Shown here: in pieces, positions 32,321 to 44,452 of the stretch
How the letters are laid out: every line of letters starts with the position of its first letter
Position numbering within the stretch: position 1 is the first letter of the stretch
From: a bacterium BMS3Abin01
GTDB lineage: Bacteria; Actinomycetota; Thermoleophilia; BMS3ABIN01
Length of the DNA stretch: 64,000 nucleotides
Assembly: GCA_002897715.1 (NCBI GenBank)
Contig: BDUA01000009.1
Span: 9,540-73,539, forward strand
Direction: 5' to 3'
Position numbers and translations under genes: made by a program
The notes under the pieces: model-generated
The model's input: the letters and a program-made list of their open reading frames with translations, nothing else
Databases searched by the model: none
Told to the model about the DNA's origin: nothing

Positions 32321-33457
32321 ATGTTGTCTCGTGAAGTTGTCTCTTCCCTGCAGGACTTCAGCAACGATCGGGATATGCCGGTCGTCAGTCTCTATCTCGA
32401 TATCGACGGGGCCCGCTACCCCTCACGCGTTCAATACGAGACCGAGCTGAATGTCATGCTCAAGAACGCCCGCAAGCCAGGCTACGTACCGATGGAGCTG
32501 ACCCGGGAGCAGACCAACTCGCTGGACGGGGAGCTGGATGCCATCGGACAGTACATCTCCATGGATTTCCGCCGCAGCGGCGCCCGGGGGCTGGCCCTGT
32601 TCTCATGTCAGACCGCCGGCCTGTGGCGCGTCATCCCCCTCGCCGTACCGGTGGAGAACCGCCTGCTCATCGACCGTCAGCCACGCATCGCCCCCCTGAG
32701 CGAGATCATCGACCGCCACGGGCACATCTGCGTCCTGATCACCAACAAGGAGACCGCGCGCATCTTCCAGGTCTTCGCCGGCAGCATCACCGAATACACG
32801 GAGATACTCGATTCGGTACCTCAGCATCACGACCAGGGCGGCTGGGAGCAGGCCAAACTGCAGCGCTGGCATGAGCTGGAGGTGCGCGAGCACCTGAAGC
32901 GGGCTTCCGACGCCACGCTGGACATCTTCAAGCAGGAAAATTTCCATCGCCTCATGGTCGGCATCGCCGATGAGTTGTGGCCGGAACTGGAGCGGGTACT
33001 GCATCCCTACCTGCGGGAACGGCTGGCGGAGCGGTTCTCCATCGATATCAACGCCAGTGCCGATGATATCCTGAAAAAGGTAAGCGCCCTGGACCAGGAA
33101 CGCATCCAGCGCGAAGAGCAGGAGCTGCTCGATTCCCTGGGTCCGGAGATGACCGCCGGCAAGAACTTCGTGGGAGGGCTGGACGACACCCTGGCGGTGC
33201 TTAACCAGCGCCGTGCCGATATGCTGATAGTCGAGTCCGGCTACGCGGAGCCGGGCAGGCGTTGCCACGCCTGCCATACCCTTTCCTTCTCTGAAGAGAC
33301 CTGTCCGTCATGCGACATGGATGCGACCCTCTCTCCCGATATCGTCGACGACGCCCGGGAGACGGCCATCCGCCAGGGGGCAACGGTCAAGACCGTTGAA
33401 CCGGGACACCCGGCCATGCAGCAGGCCGGCCGCATAGCCGCCCGCCTCAGATACTAG
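32321..33457 (+). CDS. eRF1/Pelota-like protein (bacterial baeRF-type / host-attachment-like family) with C-terminal zinc ribbon
   Basis: N-terminal VVSLYLDIDG, central LITNKETARIF...HHDQGGWEQAKLQRWHE loop, and a C-terminal domain with CHAC...CPSC. GAGGTG precedes the ATG at 32321. The family call is from memory of motif patterns only. Confidence 0.55.
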   Translation: MLSREVVSSLQDFSNDRDMPVVSLYLDIDGARYPSRVQYETELNVMLKNARKPGYVPMELTREQTNSLDGELDAIGQYISMDFRRSGARGLALFSCQTAGLWRVIPLAVPVENRLLIDRQPRIAPLSEIIDRHGHICVLITNKETARIFQVFAGSITEYTEILDSVPQHHDQGGWEQAKLQRWHELEVREHLKRASDATLDIFKQENFHRLMVGIADELWPELERVLHPYLRERLAERFSIDINASADDILKKVSALDQERIQREEQELLDSLGPEMTAGKNFVGGLDDTLAVLNQRRADMLIVESGYAEPGRRCHACHTLSFSEETCPSCDMDATLSPDIVDDARETAIRQGATVKTVEPGHPAMQQAGRIAARLRY

Positions 33458-33610
33458 GCTCCCTGCGGCGGCAGACACCCGCCCGGAGCATAGGGAAGTT
33501 ACCGTTCCGGCGAAAAAGCAGACAAAACCATAATATTCTGATAGATTCTCATTCATTAATTGACTGTTTCCCACGGAAACACAGACCCCGCTATCAACAG
33601 GAGGCCGAGA

Positions 33611-35299
33611 ATGGGAAGAAGATCGAGAATACTTTTCCTGTCATTTACCATCGTCGCCCTGGTGGTGACACTCATTCTGGTAGCAGGCTGCGGTACTGAG
33701 GAGTCTGCCGACCTCGACCCCACGAAGATAGCGGAGTATAACAAGCCGGGGACGGTGCTGGTGGAGACGGTCTGGACCGCCGACGTGTCTTTTCCGGAAC
33801 TGGCGATCGATTATGACGCTCTTGAGACCGCTTTCATCAACGCCGTGCGCGACGGAACCGTCTCTCCTGACGCTACAACCGAGGAAATAGCTACCGTGCT
33901 CATCACCGAACTGGCAACCTTCCCCGAACTCTACCTCTACGCTACCACGGAAGACAGGGTCACCACCATGGAGGCCTCGGTCTACGGCTCCGGGTTCATA
34001 GTCAGCGATGATGGCTACGTGGTCACCAACGCCCACATCGTCAAGAAGTCGGATGAGGCGCTGGCGGCAACCATGGCAGAGGAGAATGCCGGCGAGCTGC
34101 TGCAGGAGGACCTGGCTAAATTCGAGGAGGAGCTGGGTATCGACCTGCCGGCCGAGTACGAGGATTATTTCCTCGCGGCGGCGGCGGACATCTATGCCAC
34201 ATACTATACGGTAAGCTCACCGGCTTCGGACACCAGCATGTACATGGTGTCCGTCGGTGACGAGAGTATCTCCGACGCCATACCGGCCGAGGTCGTCGAG
34301 GTGGGCGACCCCATGGACATCCAGGAGGAGACCGGCAAGGATGTGGCCGTACTCAAGGTGAACAAGACCAACCTGCCCACGGTGGCCATGGGCGATGACA
34401 AGGAACTGATGGACGGTGACCAGGTGCTGGCCCTGGGGTATCCCGGAACCGCCACCTTCGATTATGTGCTGGATATCAACGCGGAACTGTCCCCCACCCT
34501 GACGCAGGGAACGGTCAGCGCCAAGAAGACCGTCAGCGGCGGCTGGGAGGTCATCCAGTCCGACGCCTACACCACCAATGGCAGCAGCGGCAGCCCGCTG
34601 CTGAACATGAAGGGCGAGGCCATCGGCGTCAACACCTTCGGCGCCGGCGACGTTAACGAGTCTACGGGCGAATTCGAGGCGAGCCCCGGCTTTAACTTCG
34701 CGATTCCGGCGACGGTGATAAACGAGTTCCTCAACCAGGCCAACGTCGAGCCCGCAATCGGCTCGCTGACGGATACCTACCGCGAAGCCATCGACCTCTA
34801 TATGGACAAGCACTACAGCGCCGCCAAGGAGAAGTTCCAGGAGATCCACGACGCCAACTCCGACTTCCCCTATGTGCAGGATTACATCGAGCAGAGCTCG
34901 GCCAAGGTCAGCGCCGGCGAGGACGTCTCGACCTTCCCCGCCTGGATCATCATCGTCATCATCGTCGCCGGGGTGATCTTGACAGGCGTCATCGTCCTGG
35001 TGGTGATACTGGTCACGCGCAAGGGCGGCAAGAAGGGGGGAACGCCGCCGGGAGCACCGGTGGCGGCCACGGCGGTGCCGGCAGCGGCTCCATCAGCACC
35101 GGCTCCTGAGGCTGGGCCACCCGCGGCGGAAACCGGCGGCGATGCCGCCACTACGGAGATGCCGAAGCCGGAGGCCCCCGCCACGGAGGACAGCGGTGCG
35201 GCGGACGCCGGCGGTGCCAGGTTCTGCAGCAAGTGCGGCAACGAGTTGGACCCGGGTTCCGCGTTCTGCTCCAAGTGCGGCCGGCAGGTGAACGGCTAG
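33611..35299 (+). CDS. Membrane-tethered trypsin-like (S1C) serine protease with lipobox signal, C-terminal TM helix and cytoplasmic zinc-ribbon tail
   Basis: AGGAGG lies before the ATG at 33611. Signal peptide ends in LVAGCG. Catalytic triad contexts are VVTNAHIV, KDVAVLKV and TTNGSSGSPLLN. TM helix is WIIIVIIVAGVILTGVIVLVVILV. A Pro/Ala-rich linker leads to FCSKCGNEL...FCSKCG. Confidence 0.8.
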   Translation: MGRRSRILFLSFTIVALVVTLILVAGCGTEESADLDPTKIAEYNKPGTVLVETVWTADVSFPELAIDYDALETAFINAVRDGTVSPDATTEEIATVLITELATFPELYLYATTEDRVTTMEASVYGSGFIVSDDGYVVTNAHIVKKSDEALAATMAEENAGELLQEDLAKFEEELGIDLPAEYEDYFLAAAADIYATYYTVSSPASDTSMYMVSVGDESISDAIPAEVVEVGDPMDIQEETGKDVAVLKVNKTNLPTVAMGDDKELMDGDQVLALGYPGTATFDYVLDINAELSPTLTQGTVSAKKTVSGGWEVIQSDAYTTNGSSGSPLLNMKGEAIGVNTFGAGDVNESTGEFEASPGFNFAIPATVINEFLNQANVEPAIGSLTDTYREAIDLYMDKHYSAAKEKFQEIHDANSDFPYVQDYIEQSSAKVSAGEDVSTFPAWIIIVIIVAGVILTGVIVLVVILVTRKGGKKGGTPPGAPVAATAVPAAAPSAPAPEAGPPAAETGGDAATTEMPKPEAPATEDSGAADAGGARFCSKCGNELDPGSAFCSKCGRQVNG

Positions 35300-35463
35300 C
35301 CCGGCGGGACACATCGTCGCCCGATGTTAATAAACCTGCTTCCGGCGGGTATATATAGGAAGTCGATGAAGCATACTCCGGGGCGCCTGGTCGTTACAGC
35401 CGTAGTCCGGAAACGTGATACCACAAAGATGTGTCAAATAATTCGGACGGGAGTCGGATAAAT

Positions 35464-38094
<2,631 letters not shown>

Positions 38095-38352
38095 ATGTAG
38101 ACCCGGAAAACCCCCGCTCCCCCGCGTATATCGAGACATTCTTGCCGCTGTTTCCAGTCCCTGTTATGGCAGCTATCAGAATATGCGAACCATGCCGAAC
38201 CTGTTATCACAATTTGTTTTCCGGCCGATGGCTCACAACCCCTCTATTCAAATGAAAAACACGTTTTTTCTATCCATATGGATATGGACCGAAAGCGGGC
38301 AAATGCAGGATAATTTCCTCGCAATTTCCGGTATTTTCCGGCATGGAACAAC

Positions 38353-38381
38353 TTGCAACCGTATTTGGTAGGTGCTATAGT
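38353..38381 (+). promoter_or_regulatory. Candidate sigma70 promoter upstream of the 3D-domain gene
   Basis: TTGCAA (38353-58), a 17 nt spacer, then TATAGT (38376-81). It leaves a leader of about 160 nt containing GCGC-repeat hairpins and U-runs. Confidence 0.4.
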
Positions 38382-38547
38382 CCCACTTCGGCCCGGGTCC
38401 AGAACCCGAGAGTTATGAAAAGTGGGTTAAATAGTGCGCTTTGCGCCTTTTTCTGGACAGCGCGGCCCTTTTTTGCGGGTTTTTTTGAGATTTTGTGGGG
38501 AATGCCTGCAAACGAGCGTTTCTACCAGCTAGCATTGGAGGAAAGTT

Positions 38548-39570
38548 ATCTTAACTGTTCTTCGCAGACAGAAAGATAATCCAAAAAGAATAATCCTGTC
38601 GGCACTGTTCTTTACCCTCCTCATCATTACTTCCGCCTCGGCCACTTCTTCCGGTGAGCTGGGATCTCTGGAAGCCCAGTCCCAGGAACTGGAAAGCAGC
38701 TACAACCAGGCTCTTGCGGAAGTAGTCGCTGCCAACAGCGCCGTCTCCAACAAGAACGCCGAGATCACCGCCACCGCACAGCGCCGGGACGAAGTCCAGG
38801 CTTCCGTCATCGCCGAGCAGCAGCGCATGGTGGAGGTTCAGGCCCAGCTGGACGATCGCCAGAAGATCCTGGAAAAGAGGCTTCTCAGTACTTATAAAAG
38901 CGACGATTCGGGCTTTATCGAGGTCGTGATGGGCTCGGACGATTTCTCTGATTTTCTAACCCGGGTGGACATGGTTAACGCCATCGCCGACGAGGACCGG
39001 GAACTTATCGAGTCGATCCGGGCTTCCAGGCAGACGGTTGAAGATGATCTTGCCAGCCTCCAGGGCAAGGAGGAAGAACTGGCCGGTCTGCTGTCGCAAC
39101 TGAACGACTCCCAGCAGGCGCTGCTTGCCGCCCAGGAAGAACAGCAGACGGTGCTTGCCTCGATCCAGAGCCAGCGCGACCTGACGGACAGCCAGATCGC
39201 CCAGATCCAGGCTCAGGCCGCCAGTATCGAGGCGACCATGAGCTCTATCCAGGGCCAGGCTGCCTCCCCGGCAGGGGAAAGCGGAGACTACAACAGCGCG
39301 CCGGCGGCGGGAGGATCCAGCCTGACGGTGACCGCTACTGCTTACTGTCTTGCGGGAACGACGGCTACCGGCATGCCTGTGGGCCGCGGCATCATCGCCG
39401 TGGACCCGGGAGTCATCCCCCTGGGCAGCCGCGTCCACGTCTCCGGCTACGGCAATGCCATAGCGGCGGACACGGGCGGCGCGGTTCATGGCAACAAGAT
39501 CGATGTATGGCTGCCCTGTGGCGAGGCCAACGCCTGGGGAGTGAGAACGGTTACTATCACCCTGTATTGA
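38548..39570 (+). CDS. Secreted coiled-coil protein with C-terminal 3D domain (cell-wall-binding/lytic, YabE/Rpf-accessory-like)
   Basis: C-terminal VTATAYCLAGTTATGMPVGRGIIAVDP..IPLGSRVHVSGYG..AADTGGAV.GNKIDVW is a 3D-domain pattern. The signal peptide (KRIILSALFFTLLIITSASA) is encoded upstream of the first ATG (38827). GGAGG, 6 nt and then ATC at 38548 is the only plausible start. Confidence 0.75.
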   Translation: MLTVLRRQKDNPKRIILSALFFTLLIITSASATSSGELGSLEAQSQELESSYNQALAEVVAANSAVSNKNAEITATAQRRDEVQASVIAEQQRMVEVQAQLDDRQKILEKRLLSTYKSDDSGFIEVVMGSDDFSDFLTRVDMVNAIADEDRELIESIRASRQTVEDDLASLQGKEEELAGLLSQLNDSQQALLAAQEEQQTVLASIQSQRDLTDSQIAQIQAQAASIEATMSSIQGQAASPAGESGDYNSAPAAGGSSLTVTATAYCLAGTTATGMPVGRGIIAVDPGVIPLGSRVHVSGYGNAIAADTGGAVHGNKIDVWLPCGEANAWGVRTVTITLY

Positions 39571-39612
39571 TATATACCGGCGGCCGCCCAGGCCGCAACC
39601 ATGACCTTTGAA

Positions 39613-39640
39613 GCCCCGGAGTCCCGGGGCTTTTTTATTT
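39613..39640 (+). terminator. Rho-independent terminator of the 3D-domain gene
   Basis: GCCCCGG-AGTC-CCGGGGC (7 bp stem) followed by TTTTTTATTT. Confidence 0.8.
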
Positions 39641-39689
39641 GATTTACCGGTCATGGATGGATTAATATATGAACATCCGTTCAGATATT
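39639..39689 (+). promoter_or_regulatory. arsR-czcD promoter with overlapping SmtB/CzrA-type 12-2-12 operator
   Basis: TTGATT (39639-44), a 17-18 nt spacer, then TTAATA/TAATAT. The inverted repeat AATATATGAACA-TC-CGTTCAGATATT (39664-39689) has 2 mismatches between the 12-nt arms. Confidence 0.55.
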
Positions 39690-40076
39690 CATGGATACCC
39701 GGCGGGTTCCTGTCATCTATATCGAACCGGGGCGGTGGCGCAGATTCAGGAAAGACTGCTCAGCAGCGGGGACGCTCGCGATCTGGCCGACCTGTTCCAG
39801 GTGATGGCCGATCCCACCCGCCTGCGTATCATCTCCTTGCTGGCCGAGACGGAGCTCTGCGTCTGTGATATCGCCGCCGCCCTGGAGATGACGCCATCGG
39901 CGGTTTCCCACCAGTTGCGGGTACTGCGCATGGCGCAGCTGGTGAAGTTCCGCAAGGAGGGCCGCATGGCTTACTACTCCCTGGATGACGACCATGTGCT
40001 CAAGCTGTACACCCAGAGCCTGGATCACCTGGGACACATGCCTGGCGGTGCCATCGGTCCTTTAGGGAAAAGCTAA
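39669..40076 (+). CDS. ArsR/SmtB-family metalloregulator with alpha5 (DxHx10Hx2H) site
   Basis: LADLFQVMADPTRLRIISLL and the ELCVCDIAAALEMTPSAVSHQLRVLR wHTH. C-terminal DDHVLKLYTQSLDHLGH fits DxHx10Hx2H. The real start may be GTG 39735, because ATG 39669 sits inside the operator/promoter. Confidence 0.85.
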   Translation: MNIRSDIHGYPAGSCHLYRTGAVAQIQERLLSSGDARDLADLFQVMADPTRLRIISLLAETELCVCDIAAALEMTPSAVSHQLRVLRMAQLVKFRKEGRMAYYSLDDDHVLKLYTQSLDHLGHMPGGAIGPLGKS

Positions 40077-40158
40077 TGGCCGTGGGTGCCGGCCAGGCGG
40101 CCGCTGTTGGTAAGAAAGCCGGGCATCCAGAGCCGGTAGCAACGGCCGGAGCGTCTAT

Positions 40159-41103
40159 ATGAGCGGTCACGACCACAACCACGGCGTCAGTGCGGAAAGT
40201 TTCTCCGAGGGCACAGCATACGCCCTCATGATGGGCATCGCCCTCAACCTGGTCATCGTGGTCGTGGAGATCGTTGCCGGCTATATCGCCGGCAGCCTGG
40301 GACTGCTCAGTGACGCCGTACACAACTTCACCGACATGGCGGCCCTGGGGCTTTCCTGGTTTGCTTTCGAGCAGGCCAGGAAGCCCGCTACCGCGGCCAA
40401 GACCTTCGGCTACCACCGGACGGGGATCCTTACCGCCCTCATCAACGCCACCGTCCTGGTGGTGATAACCGTCTGGATCTTCTATGAAGCCTACCATCGA
40501 CTGCTGGACCCGCAGCCCGTGGGTGGTCTCCTGGTGCTGGTCACCGCCACCGTCGCCCTCCTGGCCAACCTGTTGATCGTCTTCTTTCTGCGAAAACGGG
40601 CCGGCGGCGACATCAATATCCGCAGCGCCGTACTGCACCTGCTGGGAGATGCCGCCGCCTCCGCCGCGGTTGTCATCTCCGGCATCGTTATCATCGCCAC
40701 CGGCTGGTATCCCGTCGACCCCCTGGTGAGCGTGCTCCTGGGGCTGGCCATCCTCTGGGGGGCCTGGCGCATCATCAAGGAGACGGTGGAGATCTTTCTG
40801 GAAGAGTCGCCCCGCGCCATTGATGTGGACAGGGTGGTGGAAGAGTTAATGGAGGAGGACGGCGTGAAGGATATCCACGATATCCATGTCTGGACTATAG
40901 GTTCGGGGATCTATGCCCTCAGTTGCCACGTGCTGGTGGATGATGTGAAGGTAAGCGATAGCAGCCGTATAGCCCGGTATCTGAAGAAGATGCTGGCGCG
41001 CGATTTCGACATACATCACTCGACACTGGAGATGGAAACCGTGCCCTGTGACGTCAACGGCCCCTATTGTGACATTCAGCACCAGCATAACCGCCCAGAC
41101 TAG
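40159..41103 (+). CDS. Cation diffusion facilitator (CzcD/ZitB-like) metal efflux transporter
   Basis: Six TM helices, HxxxD-type sites (SDAVHNFTD, LHLLGDAAAS), a C-terminal cytoplasmic domain and a His-rich N-terminus. Confidence 0.9.
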   Translation: MSGHDHNHGVSAESFSEGTAYALMMGIALNLVIVVVEIVAGYIAGSLGLLSDAVHNFTDMAALGLSWFAFEQARKPATAAKTFGYHRTGILTALINATVLVVITVWIFYEAYHRLLDPQPVGGLLVLVTATVALLANLLIVFFLRKRAGGDINIRSAVLHLLGDAAASAAVVISGIVIIATGWYPVDPLVSVLLGLAILWGAWRIIKETVEIFLEESPRAIDVDRVVEELMEEDGVKDIHDIHVWTIGSGIYALSCHVLVDDVKVSDSSRIARYLKKMLARDFDIHHSTLEMETVPCDVNGPYCDIQHQHNRPD

Positions 41104-41158
41104 AAGAAAGGTTGCTAGAATAGGTTGGTAAGAAACGGACTACCAAGGAAGGTTTAAA

Positions 41159-41695
41159 TTGGCTAAGAAAAAAGGATCATCCGGCAAGCAGCGGAACCAG
41201 GTGAAATCCAGAGGCGGCCGGCCCGCGGGAAAGAAGAGGCCCGGCAATAACAGCACGGCCATGACCACCATAATCATCGGTGTGGCCCTGGCGCTGGGCA
41301 TTGTCGGTGGCATCGTGGTATGGAGCCTGACAAACAGCAGCGACGGCCTGGCCTTGCCCGACTTCGCCTACGCGGCGAGCGCTCCCAAGCAGGCGCCCCA
41401 GGGCTACCAGGCGGCTCTGGACATCCCCGAATACCTGGAACAGATCCCCTGTTACTGCGGTTGCGGCCAGTATGACGGGCACAAGAACAACCTGGACTGC
41501 TTCATCGAGTCACGCCAGGGCGACAAGGTGGAGTGGGATGACCACGCCGCCGGCTGAGACATATGAGTGAATATTGCTCTGGACGTGCTCCAGATGAAAA
41601 ACAAGGGAATGGATATCAAGGACATCCGGGCGAACATCGACGGGCAGTACGCCCCCAAGGGCTATACGCCCACGCCCACACCGCCGGTCGAGTAA
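41159..41695 (+). CDS. PCYCGC-motif membrane-anchored protein, candidate selenoprotein with two in-frame TGA codons (UxxU)
   Basis: TTG start 6 nt after AAGGAAGG, a basic tail plus TM helix, then IPCYCGCGQYDGHKNNLDCF. The frame continues through TGA 41555-57 and TGA 41564-66 for 42 more sense codons to TAA 41693-95. If the TGAs terminate, the CDS is 41159-41557. Confidence 0.6.
41578..41594 (+). promoter_or_regulatory. Candidate bacterial SECIS-like hairpin
   Basis: U-CUGGA-CGUGC-UCCAG-A hairpin starting 11 nt after the second TGA and 20 nt after the first. The apical loop contains GU. Confidence 0.35.
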
Positions 41696-41746
41696 GCTGT
41701 AAGCCAGGGATGTGACTTCTGCGGTGCCGGCGGCGGACGGATATCG

Positions 41747-43837
<2,091 letters not shown>

Positions 43838-44452
43838 TCAAGTTGTTGTCGGGGCCTTTGTTTTCCATGATTTACGGAGGATTATATCCGATGCCGGTTT
43901 CCATATCCGCTGGTTATTGCCGATTCAAGTGCAACCGGTATGGACAGGTGATAATAGAAGACAATAGCTGAATCAATCAGGACCTCTTTGAAACACCCCT
44001 TTTTTTACTTGCAGATTATGAGTGTGAATGATACCGTTCGTACCTATGGATATGGCTTTATACATTATGATTGGTGTAAAATAAGGTTTCATCAGATATA
44101 GTCTTACTTTTCTTGGGCTTTTTTTAACCCAAGGATGTACGAACGGTGTAAACAGGATATGTTGACTGCTTCCGGTAATATATATCGTTTCCGGCGCGAT
44201 TGGCTCCTATATGCGGCTGAGTCTGACTGAAGCAGCCAAGAGACGATAATCACCCTAATCTGACCGGATAATCGCAAGTCGATATCCATAGCCAAACCTT
44301 AATTGATGGAGGTGGCCCGTTTGTTATCAGGACCATGCCAGTCACTTGGTTTCATATGACATCGAAACCGGGACCGGAATCATACCCGCAACCATACAGG
44401 ACAAAGAATTATCAAACATTAGTTTGACTATAATAATCCAAAGGAGAAATCT

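Noticed and set aside
38382-38450. c-di-AMP (ydaO) riboswitch upstream of the 3D-domain gene.
   Set aside because: Short resemblances only (ACCCGAGAGUUA, GUGGGUUAAAU), in the wrong order relative to the ydaO consensus as I recall it. The key ACGGGGA/CCGAAUCC-type blocks are absent. Reported only as an unclassified structured leader.
41555-41566. Alternative explanation for the two TGAs: a genetic code with TGA as Trp or Gly.
   Set aside because: TGA terminates several well-conserved genes at their expected ends in this window (rsfS 4977-79, rpmE 26728-30, the ABC ATPase 52630-32, the SBP 55825-27). Both positions correspond to an expected Cys pair, which fits Sec better than Trp/Gly.
41563-41721. 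Alternative +1 frame ORF starting at ATG 41563 (MSEYCSGRAPDEKQGNGYQGHPGEHRR...) as a separate small gene after the PCYCGC ORF.
   Set aside because: The translation is low-complexity and Gly/Arg/His-rich with no recognisable motif. The zero frame gives a helical, family-like C-terminus (…IALDVLQMKNKGMDIKDIRANIDGQY…PTPTP).
44104-44295. 63-aa minus-strand ORF, and a 26-aa plus-strand ORF (about 43901-43981, MPVSISAGYCRFKCNRYGQVIIEDNS), in the AT-rich spacer.
   Set aside because: No recognisable motif, weak or distant SD, and AT-rich sequence gives chance ORFs. Not reported as genes.
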